From assembly GCA_051941275.1 (NCBI GenBank), contig JAVEBF010000052.1, positions 1 to 38,920 of the forward strand: a stretch of 38,920 bases of DNA, written 5' to 3'. The DNA is from Dirinaria sp. TL-2023a (Eukaryota). The notes beneath the pieces were generated by a model, which saw only the letters and a list, made by a program, of their open reading frames with translations, did not search any database and was not told the origin of the DNA. Position numbers and translations under genes: made by a program. This document shows positions 1 through 12,022 of the stretch, piece after piece (positions within the stretch are counted from its first letter, which is position 1; the number at the start of each line of letters is the position of its first letter).

Positions 1-205
1 ACTGGGTATCCTGGACCTGGGGTATCGGCGTAGCTGCGGGGCCGGATTGGGTGTATGTTGAGATCGGAGTCACATCGTTCGGGTCGTTGGGATCATTGGC
101 TTGCACTTCCACCACGGTGAGTTGCCGCGATTGCAGAGTATTCTTCAAAAAGGGAGTGGCGATCGTGTGGGTTAAAAGAGTGGATAGCAGAATAAGTGAC
201 AACAT
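1..205 (-). CDS. 5' part of a putative secreted protein that runs off the left edge of the window
   Basis: Not in the ORF track. ATG at 205 (context caagATG) opens MLSLILLSTLLTHTIA-TPFLKNTLQSRQLTVVEVQANDPNDPNDVTPISTYTQSGPAATPIPQVQDTQ with no stop before position 1. It has a hydrophobic signal peptide and a pro-peptide-like stretch ending SR-Q. Confidence 0.6.
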   Translation of the reverse strand, partial: MLSLILLSTLLTHTIATPFLKNTLQSRQLTVVEVQANDPNDPNDVTPISTYTQSGPAATPIPQVQDTQ

Positions 206-1599
206 CTTGAGTTGCGTGCGTCAAGAGAGAGACCTGGCTACAAAAACACGACAACTCCCACCAGGGGACGAAACAGGCAAATCGACCGTTGGGCTGAACA
301 AGAAGAGAGTAGTGATAGGAGAAGGGCAGGCTTCTGACCTTTTGTAAACGTGCCAGCCTTGCTGAACATTTCGTACCAGAGCCTTTACTACTGCAGTTTG
401 CTCCTGCCAAGCGAGCGCAGTCATCACGGAGATTCGTTTCATGAAACAGGATCATGTCTTCAACGATCATCGGCCATTAAACACCGACGAACCTCTACAA
501 GCTGAAGAAACTAGGGAGCGGCGCGGCCGGCCTGTCGAAATCATTCTTTAGCCGCTCCGCTCCCTCCTAAATCTTATTCCTCAAATGCTCAAATTTTTGT
601 CATGAATAGCCTCAGTGAAGCACCACTCGAATCGTGTCTCAGAACTCTCTTCAAGGAAATTTCATGTTGAAATTTCGTGAAAATCCGAAGAAGGACGGAA
701 AATGAAGGGAGAGGTTCCAGAGACAGTGATGGCGTGGCAGCCGGCACAGCACAGCCCATTGGGGCCAAAATCCTTCCCTTCCGTCAAAGGAGCGAATACG
801 CATTCACTGCATTTTCAGAAGTATAGACCGAGGTCATCACGGTGCCAATAATGATTTGATGTTGGTCCTAGGTCGCGGCGTTGTAGGATAGTCTTAATGC
901 TCCTCCAGGATGATAGGAAGTGGTTTCACATATTACTTTCCTCGATGCAGTACGCATGCCTTGCATTTGGTGCGGGTTCATCGGGTACTGAAGACGAAGG
1001 TTGATCAAGATGTTCTAGTTTTGGATATCTTTTGCGAGCGAAAGTTCAGGGTTGTTCGTGACCCTCTCTACGCCACAGTATTTCCTCGTGGTGCCAGTCT
1101 GGAGAATGGCAGTTCAGTAGTTCGTGGATCGACGCGTGTGCGGCGGGTACTCTTACTTCAATGCCAAGGCAATCTGCGATTGGTGCGCGTTGCTGACTGC
1201 CAAAATGCATGTAAGCACTTGCTACTTAGGGTAGTTTAGCTGGGTTCTAAGGCCAGATCTTCTGGAGTAATAGTAGTAGTGCGATCAGTTTAGACCTCGC
1301 AATTCTCTGGCCAGCTTGGAGACGTCAAGAAAGAGAGAGCGCTAAGGCTGGTTATGTCGCTTTCATCGGTCCATTTCGGGTAAGGCCAATGTTTGGTCGG
1401 ACGAGTGCTGCGCAACTCAACAAGGAATGGCGATTGAGCGTTCGAAGCTTGAGCGTTAAAGCGGGGAACCCGCTTGCGTTATGGCGCGAGATTTTGGAGG
1501 TTGCAGAATAAGCACAGCAATGGTTAGGCCCAAGCAGTTGACCTGCGAACAAGATGTTCGAGCTTTGCCAGCTGAACGATTTGCTCTACCATTTGTCTC

Positions 1600-2322
1600 C
1601 TATCCATGTGGGTCTGGCGGCTTCCCCTCGGCTTCTTCGGCCTTCTCGATTTGCTTCAAGATCCATCCAATAGTGGCATCACGTGCTCGCTCCAGGTTCT
1701 CTAGCACCGGCAAAGGAAGCGTTGAGTAGTTGGGTACTTTTGCAGGACTGTTTTTGGGATCTGCCTGAGGTTTCTTCACGTTCTGCTTCTCACTAAGCAA
1801 GCCTCTGAGCACGCCAATACTCTGGTCTCTTTCTGGCAAAACTCGTATCAGCTCATCTCTCTTGTTCTTGTCTTCCACAATTTTGGCCCTTTTGGCACTG
1901 GATTCCCGTGCCTCTTCAAAGTGCGAGATAGCTTCGTGGGCGCAGTGCCGAATGTGATCGAACCTGGCAGGACCCAACAGGACGCCGCCGTACCAGCGAG
2001 CAACGACGACTGCACCTACAACATCAGTCGCATTTAGAACCTTCTCCAAAGTCTTGCCGCCGTACTTCTCGCCATCATCATCGTGACCAGTGTCGTAGAC
2101 TTGCTTAGCGGTAAGTGAGCGCTGAGTGCTTGGCCTTCTCCAAGCCGCAATGCGGTGGCTTGCAGATTTGAACTCGGCCCTTGCTTGCAGATCTTCGACC
2201 GCGATTGAGGGCGAGAAAATGGCAGTGAACTTCGATGCTCGATCTTCTATGGTTGATGACCTGTAGGTGGTTGGTAATGCGTCCAACAATGGCGAAACCG
2301 AACGAGGCCGCTTTTGAGACAT
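1600..2322 (-). CDS. IMPACT/YigZ-family (UPF0029) protein, single exon, 240 aa, no RWD domain
   Basis: Family motifs EDRASKF, ASHRIAAWR, DDDGEKYGG and VVVARWYGGVLLGPARFDHI. Confidence 0.9.
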   Translation of the reverse strand: MSQKRPRSVSPLLDALPTTYRSSTIEDRASKFTAIFSPSIAVEDLQARAEFKSASHRIAAWRRPSTQRSLTAKQVYDTGHDDDGEKYGGKTLEKVLNATDVVGAVVVARWYGGVLLGPARFDHIRHCAHEAISHFEEARESSAKRAKIVEDKNKRDELIRVLPERDQSIGVLRGLLSEKQNVKKPQADPKNSPAKVPNYSTLPLPVLENLERARDATIGWILKQIEKAEEAEGKPPDPHG

Positions 2323-2717
2323 GTTGATGAAGCGTATCGCTTTGTCTTGGATGTACGACTACAGTAGTGGTGATCTTGTGGGTTTGTTTTGAATCACTAG
2401 CTGTAGATGGAGTTCCAAACATCGTATGGCAAAGCGCGAATAGTCGTGCATCAATTTGCGCTCCAACAGACAACCTGATATTACACCTGCATCAGATAGA
2501 TTGGTTTCCTAAGTAATTCGTGGATGTGTTCAAGCGTTCACAGGTGCAAGATATGGATATGGCAATCATAATCCTAAACCCTGTAGCAGCCCTAGACAGA
2601 TTTCCTTGCCACTACCTTAAAGTAAATCTCTGTTCCAAGCTCACCCACAACTCTACCACTACAACGTGCTATCTGCCCGATTGTACTTCCGCGAATGCTC
2701 GCACGCGATTTGGTATA

Positions 2718-3476
2718 ATGTCCTCGTTACCCTCAATCACCCTTGATGTAAAGCTCTTCAATGCTGGGCTCTATCGCCGAATACATAGGCTGTGGTTCTC
2801 CGACTTGCCACTACCTGCTTCAGCAGCCACCTCGGCCCAAACCAGACGTTGGTTCGGTGCGCCAGAGGTCAGAGCTACCTTTGACAAAGAGTGCTTCGAA
2901 ACTGGAAACGAGGCTCTGCAATCCATTGGCCCAAAGAATCTTCGCCTCTCGCCAGATCCGAAAGAAGATGCAGCCATCGCAGCAGCCTTCGCTTCCCTCC
3001 TCACTCAAACCGAAGAGCTACGCCCGGAGGAGGTGGCTTTGAGTCTGGCGATCCTCCTGGATCAGTTACCACGCAATTGCTACCGCACGAGCCAGAAAGA
3101 CGTTTACTCCCACTATGATCGTATTTCGCGCGCCGTCTACCATGAGATTGCATCAAGAGGATTGGATACTAGCGAGCGGTATAGGGATTCGCCACCATGG
3201 CGACTTTGGTTCTACATGGCATTGATGCACTCTGAGTCGTTGAAAGATCACAGGATATTCGAGGACACGCTAAAGGATATGAAAGATGGAGCGGAAGAGA
3301 GGGGAGACGCAGCTGCGGCCGGGTACATTGATACCACCCGGGGCTTTATGGTAAAACATACTGCAATACTAGAGAAATTTGGGAGATATCCACATCGTAA
3401 CGAATGCTTGGGTAGAGAAACTAACGAAGAGGAGAAGGCATGGCTCGAGAACGGTGGGGATACCTTTGGCACTTAG
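2718..3476 (+). CDS. DUF924-family protein, single exon, about 252 aa
   Basis: Motifs ILLDQLPRNCYR, WFYMALMHSE and ILEKFGRYPHRNECLGRETNEEEKAWL. The ATG at 2718 (ataATG) is preferred over the GTG start of the ORF track. Confidence 0.88.
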   Translation: MSSLPSITLDVKLFNAGLYRRIHRLWFSDLPLPASAATSAQTRRWFGAPEVRATFDKECFETGNEALQSIGPKNLRLSPDPKEDAAIAAAFASLLTQTEELRPEEVALSLAILLDQLPRNCYRTSQKDVYSHYDRISRAVYHEIASRGLDTSERYRDSPPWRLWFYMALMHSESLKDHRIFEDTLKDMKDGAEERGDAAAAGYIDTTRGFMVKHTAILEKFGRYPHRNECLGRETNEEEKAWLENGGDTFGT

Positions 3477-3855
3477 AGACTCTGGACTTGAAATATCCCT
3501 TCCTTCGGTACGAGGTATCCAGGACCCGGATTCTTGAATACAACCGACTAAGCACGTTTCACCAGCGGATGCGAAACAGTTGTATTTTAAAGTCGTTCTA
3601 TGCCGAAGGACGGAAGATGTTCATTTTCGGAGTGCGCAAACTATCAATTTGAAAAAAGTTCCTCTTGTGTGACGGTCTCTATGTGAGCCAATGCTGAAGG
3701 GAACACAGAGCACCGAAAGACCCTCGTATATCTATCGCAAGGCTGATCTTCCCTGGAGGAGTAACTTGCAAGAACAGCATCGAACTTAGCAGATGGATTT
3801 TCGACTCGTGACTCATATTCATAAGGACAGAGCACAATTTGAATTGTGTTCTGTA

Positions 3856-5531
3856 CTATCGCCTTCGCTTGAGAATAACCGGCCAGTCCCTTTGCGTGGT
3901 GACGAACAGTTGATGGTACCACCATTCCCTTTCGGGATGCTCAAGCTCGAAGTCAAAGTCCCTAATCAGGGTTGCCGTAACTTTGTTCAGCTCTAGGCTT
4001 GCAACGTTGCGCCCAGGACACGAGTTATAGCCCAGCCCAAACTGGATACGTATCAGTATCACGATACTTGTATATTCAAAAAAGGGTACAAGTCTTAGGC
4101 GCTCACGGGAATAAGGAATTTCTCGATCCGTCGCACTTGATCTGCATCGCCTAGCCAGCGCTCAGGATTGTACGTGTCTGCGTCTGATCCAAAGCAGTCC
4201 TGATTACGATGAATAAGCCAGGGATTGACGCTGAGTATAGTCTAAGGGTGATCAGCTGGGTGAAGCTCAATAGCTATGATGCACTGGCGAACCCCTTCTT
4301 TGAAATGGCGACCCGCGACGACAAACCCCTCCTTTGGCACTACTCGAGGTAGATTCCACCCGTTGGGTGGCCATATACGAAGAGTCTCCTTAATCTGCAT
4401 GGAAATTAGCTCATTGCCCATATCTACGTGGAATCAGTATGGTAAGCTGGGCAACAGATCGCATACTACGGCTTGAAGGTACGGCAGACGCTGCGCTTCC
4501 GCAAAAGAAACCACTTCCGAAGTGGAAATCTGAGCGCTATCAATCTCTTCCCTTAGGCGCTGATAATATTTTGGATCCTCTTTCAGTAGGAAATAGAAGA
4601 ATGCTCCCAGCACAGACCCAACAGTTCCGCCGCCGGCACCAAATGTGGAAATCGCGCTGGAAAACAGTTCTCTTTCACTGAACTTCTCCGGATACTTCTG
4701 ACGCTGCTCCAACCAATGCTGCATCATGTCGACTCTGGGTGTCGAGCTCGCCCTCCGGGCCTCAATACTTTTCACGGCAGTAGTATAAGTGTGCTCATTG
4801 GGTTGAAAATCAATCCAGCGTAAGAGCGGACTGCCCAGAGTAAGAAAATGCAACCACTGAATATAAACTATCGATGTGATGTATACGGATAGGAAGAAAT
4901 TGTTCTTGATCGAATCTCCCACGTCACGCCCTTGGTCCAGGAATCCGAAGCGGTTCGAAAATAAGATCTCACCCAGAAGATCATGAGTGAGGAAAAAAAG
5001 CCACTGGCTGAGCTCGACAGGCTCCCTTCCCTTCTGCTTGCTCAGATCATCAAGGCGCTTCTCAAGTAGCGCAATAGTCTTGTCCATATCGGTTTCATTG
5101 CGAAGGATATTGGACAATGTGTATGCAGCAGCGACGTTGCTCCGCATTGCTGCATACTTTTTCGGGTCCTGCTCTGACATCAGATTGTTATAGTTGCTAT
5201 TAGGGACGGCCATAGGTCTGTAAAAGTCGGCTTTCCGAAGCGGCGTCGAGAGTATTCTGAGAGCGTCCGGGTGGTTGACGCTGACTTCATTGTAGCTTAT
5301 GCGGACAAAGGATCCGTGCTCTCGATGAAGGCGAACGAGCGTGTAGTTGAATCGACCTTTATAAGTCTCCCACACTTGGAAGCAGGTTCCAATCGTGCCG
5401 AGAAATGGACCCGGTATATCGCTTACCGGCGAAAAGTAACGATGCTTCAGGACGACGCATACTACGAGCGTGGGAAGGGTGTAAAAGAGGATTTGAAAAA
5501 CCGACCATCCCAAGACTTCATCCATACTCAT
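3856..5531 (-). CDS. Cytochrome P450, pisatin-demethylase-like, 4 exons (5531-4467, 4394-4293, 4241-4107, 4041-3856), 495 aa
   Basis: N-terminal TM anchor plus IPGPF; LPYLQAV|IKETLR (ExxR); NPERW; heme motif FGLGYNSCPG. Three GT..AG introns keep the frame. Confidence 0.93.
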
Positions 5532-8137
5532 CGTCTAGGTGAAGAATAATGGAGGGTTCTAAAAGGAAGAGTATTGCCCTCTCATATTTTGCCCGGCGCA
5601 TCGTACCTGATAAGATCAAGCATTTTTATTCCCCGGGTGGTGACATTCTTAGCTTCTAGCCGAGCATTTTCCTATTTGGGTCTAGCCGCCTTCCTTACTG
5701 CTGCAAGATTCCCATTCAAGTTTGGACTGATATGCAATACAAGTTCTGATGTATATTGACTCTCCCCATAGAAAAGTTCCTGTCGTTTTTCAAAACCAAA
5801 GACGTCTTGAGTTTAGGTATGGAGGAGCAATGTTGAGCACCATTGCAGATTTACCACTTTATATGGACTTGGATGCTGAGTTAACACTGCAGCTCAGATT
5901 GTTTGACCTGCGTCTCATGATGCTTTGGAAGAACAGGACCGATGTGCCATCGATTTGTTACCCGAGCATGCCTGCTCGCTGCCTAGCCGCCAGGATTCAA
6001 TCAATTCATGGGTCTTTTGGGCCGGAAGAACCGCGATGTTTGCTGGTGCAGGTGGACTTATATCGTATCGCGGCCAATCCAGCGAATTGAGTACCGCCGA
6101 ATACTCGCTCCTTCCGAGGCGTGAAGCTGTTGGGATTCGGACGGCTCCGCTCGTGGCTACTCTGCTGGCATCTGATCACTTCGGTGCAATAAGGGTCATA
6201 CCACTTGCTCCACCGTCTCATACCCTGGCAGAATTGTGTCGTTCATGGCTGGCCAAGTGTGCATTGATCTACTTCACTTCCTTGTCTGTGATTCCCATCA
6301 GATGCTCTTAGGGGAAATGATACGCGTTGGACGATTCGCACTATTCGAGATGCCTCTTCATTGATTGATAAGCCATTCGTCATTCATTTGGCTCGTGTCT
6401 TTGACATGGTCCCCGGAATGTGTTAATTTCAAGTTTTCTAGGGAAAGCACCATTCCAGCGTGTGGGATCATGAGGCAGCACTCCATCCGTATCCTGGGCT
6501 TACCAACGCAACAGATGTTATGTGTTCCTAAACAGTTGTGGCAAGGAAATTAAAATGCGACTGACGGTCTGGTAACAGCCACGATCATTGCGGAGCGCTT
6601 CTGTCATTATTATCGCCAATTCAAGGCAGAATTCTTTGGTTGATCTCAATGTACATGCTAGTCTTTTTTTTCTTTTTTTTTGGATTTATACAAGACCATC
6701 ACTTCAAGTGTACACATTCTCAAGGCATCGGAAGAGGCGCTATTCGCGATACCCTAGATTGTATAGCAATAAGTCTCGAATGTTGGTAATTATCATGACG
6801 TCAAGAGCGGTCAATATCTGAGCAGCCCTCGACGATAATTCGGATACGATGTTAACGTTAATATTGCACTTGAATAGCTTCCTTCAGCGTTTCTAGGATT
6901 TCCGCTCTCTTCTCTCGGTTCTTTCATTGAATTTTTCTCATCTCGCAGACTATACTGTGAATTTGCAGAGGTGATACAAGGGCTTCTGGACTTCTTAGGT
7001 ACGCTCTGCCTTCATCGAAGTTTTAGAGTACTCACAGCACCGTCGCGGGATTCATATTTAACTAAGTCATATGGGAGCTGACGCTCTACAGAAACAAGCT
7101 TGCCAATGTCGCATGAAAGCCTCTAGGTAGCTTCGCCCCCTCCTTGCAGTAGTGCGGAGTTCTCCATTTCCTGTAGGAAGGAGCCGTGCCGTTCCGGTAC
7201 TGAAGCTAGGTCAGAAGCAGCTAAGGATCGCCGCGGAGGAGCAAAGCTGAAGCGCCAATCGATTCGTGCAGCTATTCACGCTTAGAAATGATACCTCGAA
7301 GGGCGCTTGCAAGACGGGCGCACCCACCTCAGAAGGACATGGCATGGGCTGCTTTAGGACCGAGGTTGACATTCATGTACACATTCTTATTTCCAGTGTT
7401 CCTAGCCACTCTGCAGCCTGCCAAGCACAGGTGCACACCTATGATGCGTATCTACGCACGTTTGGTAGTAGCTGGGAGCTTGACATATGGTCGATTGCCG
7501 GGGAGCTTCATGTGGCACACGAAGAGCTCAACCGTGCCGGAAACACCTCAAAGGATTCGACCACCTGGATTTGTGCTTACGTATATTGAAAGACGCATGT
7601 AGGAGGCGAAGCATGGAAAAGACGCAGGTGGTGATCGTGGCGCTCACTCTGCATTTTTGAGGTTTCAATGTACGTCATCTCAAGCAACAGTGTGAATTTC
7701 GCTTGCGTCGATGATGCTGCCAATATCATCAATTGTATGAGCCATCGTCTACATCGTCGAGGTAATGACGTTGCAGAAGGGTAGCTGAGGCAATAGCCAT
7801 AGAAATGGCCGGCTACCAGAGATTTCGCCGGTCGAGCGCCATATGATACTGGTCCAGCGCACAGATACACACAGATACATAGGCTTCTTTATATTTATAC
7901 GCTGCAGCTCTTCTTTGAATGTAGAGCCAGCGGTATTCAGGAGCGCATTACGACCTTAAGAGCGTCGATAGAGCTGATGTCAGTCCTACCCGGCAAAAAA
8001 ACCGCATAAAGCACCCTGCTGGGGAGAAGCTCTCGGATGGAAAAGATTGCCAATAATTCAGCCACAAGCCATCTATGTCATTCAAGCTGTCAGCCTTATG
8101 AAGACGATCAGCTAGAATCGTTTCGGACCTTATAGTG

Positions 8138-9514
8138 ATGGAGGCATGGTCTGTTCCCTACAACAGTCTGATCATCAGCAAGCATGCAGCCCGCCGGACT
8201 AATTGCAATGTAGTCAATGTTCAAAGAAGCCATAGACTTTCGTCCATGCTGAAAATCATTTTACACCTATTTGCATTCCAACGCTATTTACTTCTGGGGC
8301 ATGACAATTGTTGATTTTAACTCCAGCTGACTAGATCTACTATGTTTCCCACGACATCACTCGTTCAGATCTCGCATGTTGTAGTATCTGTTGCAGTGGC
8401 TTCAAGATTCGTAGCAAGGAAAGTACAGAAGATACCTCTTGGCAGAGATGACTACAGCATTTTCCTCGGCGCGGTCAGTCTCTTATCATGTTGTTCAAGA
8501 TCGACCACTAGAGTGCTTAGTAGTACAGCTTTTCGCAAATGGCAGCTCTTTGGTTTACGTCTTCTGTAAGTTTGCATTTGCATTAAAAGCACTCTCTATT
8601 TCACGAGGGCTTACTAAATATGCGCGCAGTCAACAAATCCGAGGACAGCTCATATAGCAGCGATTTGAAAGTGAGTTGACCAATTCTTCGTGCACAGTAG
8701 ACTCACTGCATATTAGGCGCTCTATGTGTCTTATCAGCTGTACGGTGTAGCGATTACAACGATAAAGCTGTCTGTTCTCTGGTTTTACGAAAGGTTCTCC
8801 TCAGCACCACGATCGCCATACTGGCATTACGGATTTGGCGCTCTTGTAGTCATTTGGCTTTTGGCCAACAATCTGACCGCAGCATTCCAATGTCATCCAC
8901 CGCAAAGATTTTGGCAGCTGGGAGATATGTCGGAAGTGGAATTGAGCGACGATTGCATCGACACGCTTATTTTTTTCCTGACGATGCAGCTTCTGAACAT
9001 AGTCCTCGATGCCTTGATCTTGATGATATTGCTATCAGCAGTACTACGTCTGGGAATGTCAAAGCTCAAAATCCTTGGTCTGCTTGAGATATTTCTTGTA
9101 GGGACCCTGTAAGTATCTAGTCACCTCACTGCACTCGTCTGAAATCTAGAAGGGCACGCTGACAAGTGACATAGATGTATCGTCATCGCTACGAAGCAAA
9201 TCTCCATCTACAATAGCAACGCCCAGTTCGATAGCTCTGGTGCGGCCAATTGGAGGATTATAGAGTTCTCCGTCGAAGTCATCTGTGCCTGTGTGCCAAC
9301 AATGGTACCATTCGGCAACATCGACAAACGCGAGAAGAGAAGACCAAACCTTGAGGATGGGGAGGGCCATACGGAGGTGTTGCAGACGAATGCCAATGGC
9401 AAGCCAGAGCTGCATGCCAGTCCCCGAGCAGACGCCGAACTTCCTCCAGACGATGTCCGTTGGGAACTGAACGGCACGCAGTTGCATCAGATGCCTGACC
9501 AAATTGAGAGATAA
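8138..9514 (+). CDS. PTH11-like (rhodopsin-domain/SAT4-type) integral membrane protein without CFEM domain; multi-exon, first exon tentative
   Basis: Spliced segments give VAVASRFVARK..LGRDDYSIF, IKLSVLWFYERF, FQCHPPQRFW, LNIVLDALIL and WRIIEFSVEVICACVPTM. The last intron 9109-9174 keeps the frame. The start at 8138 with intron 8209-8334 fits the frame but is less certain. Confidence 0.8.
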
Positions 9515-11023
9515 TGCGTCGACTGCGTCAGCTCGGCTGCCATAATAGGAAATTGCGCACAAGCGCAAAGATTCGGACGTTTCTGGCGGACCTATTCTTG
9601 ATGAAGTTACTGAGATGGACTTTGTGAATGGATTAGTCAAACCTTTTACAAGATAATTAGGCTTAGAATATCAAGTTCATCGAAAAAAGCAGCACCGAAG
9701 TAGCCCAAACACTGAATAGCGGGGGTTTTACTCTGGTGCAAAGTTGTCAGACAGCAAATCTTGCACATTTGCACCAAAAGAGGACACCTCTTTTGGTGAA
9801 TGATTATTGCTGTATTTGTTGGTTTATTTTGTCCGACAAAAGTTGATGACAATTTTCAGGGCGATCCGAATGAACTTGGCTGACGAAGTGCATCACCCTG
9901 ATGCAAGGGTAACCTGTCTCGCCACTCATCACTGAAATAACACAAAAATATTTAATCTGTGCCCCGAGGCCATCATCATACGTGGTTGAAATGTAACAAT
10001 AAAGTAAAGAGTTTTAAAAACTCAGCAAGAAGCCACCGGAGAGCTCACTGATCTTTGTCTTGAGAGGGAATCACATGGATTAGACAACGGATACATGAGG
10101 CCACTTGAGACGTCTCCAGCTCAAACTATCTGAGATCCAAGCATCTCCGCACATAGTGACCTACTATCAAAAATGACACTTCTTCGCCAGCAAGAGAGAC
10201 AGACACGCTTATCTACTCTATCATGAGATATCGCTATCAAATTAGCATGGCTCCCTCACAAAATAACCTTTTTTTTTTGGGTGGAATTTCTTTTCATCTA
10301 TCATTAACCTTCGAGCTGTTGCTGTCTGTCTTGGAGTTGAATATTTTTCGTTCTTCTTTAACGACGCTATTATCTAACGTCTTGATACAGTAAAGTGCAT
10401 TTAAGAACCCAGATCCTCCTATCAATTCCATCCTCAGTATATCATAAAAAAAAATCAATTTCCAACAGATTCAAGGGAAACCAGGAGATCACGAAGTGAC
10501 GATGGGTCGACTCACCATGCTAGTTCCACGATCAAATCGAGAAATCGTTAGTAACTAAAAAAGGCGAGGAAAAGAGCATGGCTTTGCGAATTTAATTCTG
10601 CAGAATTCAATTCTGCAGCATTGAGCTTGGGAGGAAGAGATTGATAGATGACAGATGATAGTGAGTAGTGATGACTTTTGCATGGAGAGGAAGAGAAGTG
10701 ATTTTGATATGTTGAGAGATCTCGTGATATATATGCATATGTTAAATAGACGGCTTGAGAATTTTGTCAGCATCAAGCGTTAGTTTACGGAATGTACTGG
10801 CTACAAGCTCATAATATCGCGGTTTGCTATGAATTGTTCGAATAATTTTCTCAGGCCGGATCTAGAAACTCGTTGATGGTCAGGACGAAGCCGATATTAC
10901 AATAAAATTTCCGTTGAGCTTGGCTGACAGCTCTCCGCGGTTGCTTGAATGTCTTTTCTCTTCGGTACAGTTGAACATTCTTGTAGCGAGCTCCACGCGC
11001 AAGCCCAAGTCCGTCCATCCTCT

Positions 11024-11947
11024 CTAGCCGCACCCACCGTTCCCCTGTGCACCCAAAAGGATCCCCGTTTTGTTCAGCTCTACCAAGTACCCGTCCCGCG
11101 TCAGGTTCAGCATATTCCCGACGCCGCCGGTATAGAACTGTGCGCCTAGGCCCGGCTGTCCGAACCAAGGGGCTATCGGGCCCCCTACAACCGGCAAAGG
11201 TTTGAGCACTTGATAGACGTGGTAGTTGTACGGGTAGTCCGGCGTGTTGGGGTCGGTATCTAAGTTGGAGGGCGGCAGAGCTCGTTGGGAGTACGGCGCA
11301 TCGGCGGCGGATATGTAAGAGCCTTTTTTGGGGGGGGGGGAAATTGGTCAGCAAAGAGGCTTCTTCAAACGATTTTCTGGATACCCGAGAAACTTAGGGA
11401 GCGCTTTTATTCTTTTTTCCGGCACAAGTCAACAAGGATTGTTGGATCGAAAAGCTTCATCACGCACCGTACTGGCTTCCGAAGCGGTCCACTCTCGTCC
11501 CCGGTTGCAGCGTCATGTTACCCAAGATCGGGTCCCCCGTCCTATCGAGCTGAAACCCGTTTTTGGGTGGATATATAAAAGCCCCTTGCGCGTCCGTCCA
11601 CCGGGCTAAGAACCCTCCGGGCTGTTCGCCACCAAAGCGATCGTAGTCCGACACGAGGCCGGAGAGTGGGATTGCGGTGGGGAGCTGGACTGGCCCTAGG
11701 CGACGGTCGCCGCATATATAGACATTGCCACCAGAGCTATTGGCACCAGAATTACTGGCACCAGAACTAGTGGTGCCGGTACAATTGCACGTCGCTGCTG
11801 GAGCAGGGGAAGGAGAAGCGCCCTTCGTATGATTAGTCTCTGCTCTGGTTGGGTACTGGTTTCTTTTTTTTCTAGACCTACCTGTGGAGCACATCGAACG
11901 GAGGATATCCAGCTGAGAAGAGATATGAGCGAGAAAAAATAGTTCAT
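11024..11947 (-). CDS. nadA: Secreted TNT (tuberculosis necrotizing toxin)/DUF4237-domain NAD(P)+ glycohydrolase, fungal NADase; 3 exons (11947-11882, 11822-11468, 11322-11024), 239 aa
   Basis: Signal peptide [21 protein letters not shown], then [61 protein letters not shown] and [16 protein letters not shown]. These are hallmark TNT motifs and include the catalytic Arg (DRFG) and Gln (GAQF). The symbol is assigned by homology to the Aspergillus NADase. Confidence 0.92.
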
Positions 11948-12016
11948 GATGGGTAGACGGGAGCTATAGTGGAGATCAAAACGCACTCACTGGAAGCTGT
12001 CGTGATAACTCCCTTC

Positions 12017-12022
12017 TTTATA
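12017..12022 (-). promoter_or_regulatory. Candidate TATA box of the NADase gene
   Basis: TATAAA on the minus strand about 70 nt upstream of the ATG at 11947. Confidence 0.4.

Noticed and set aside
880..1560. Short ORFs and a possible intron on the minus strand
   Set aside because: All spliced frames I tried hit stops quickly, and there is no recognisable domain.
2520..2717. 66-codon N-terminal extension of the DUF924 ORF
   Set aside because: It starts at GTG and lies in the short promoter shared with the IMPACT gene; the ATG at 2718 has a good fungal context.
11324..11340. T6-G11 homopolymer as a frameshift or G-quadruplex element in the NADase gene
   Set aside because: It lies inside intron 2, between the branch site and the acceptor, so the coding frame is unaffected.
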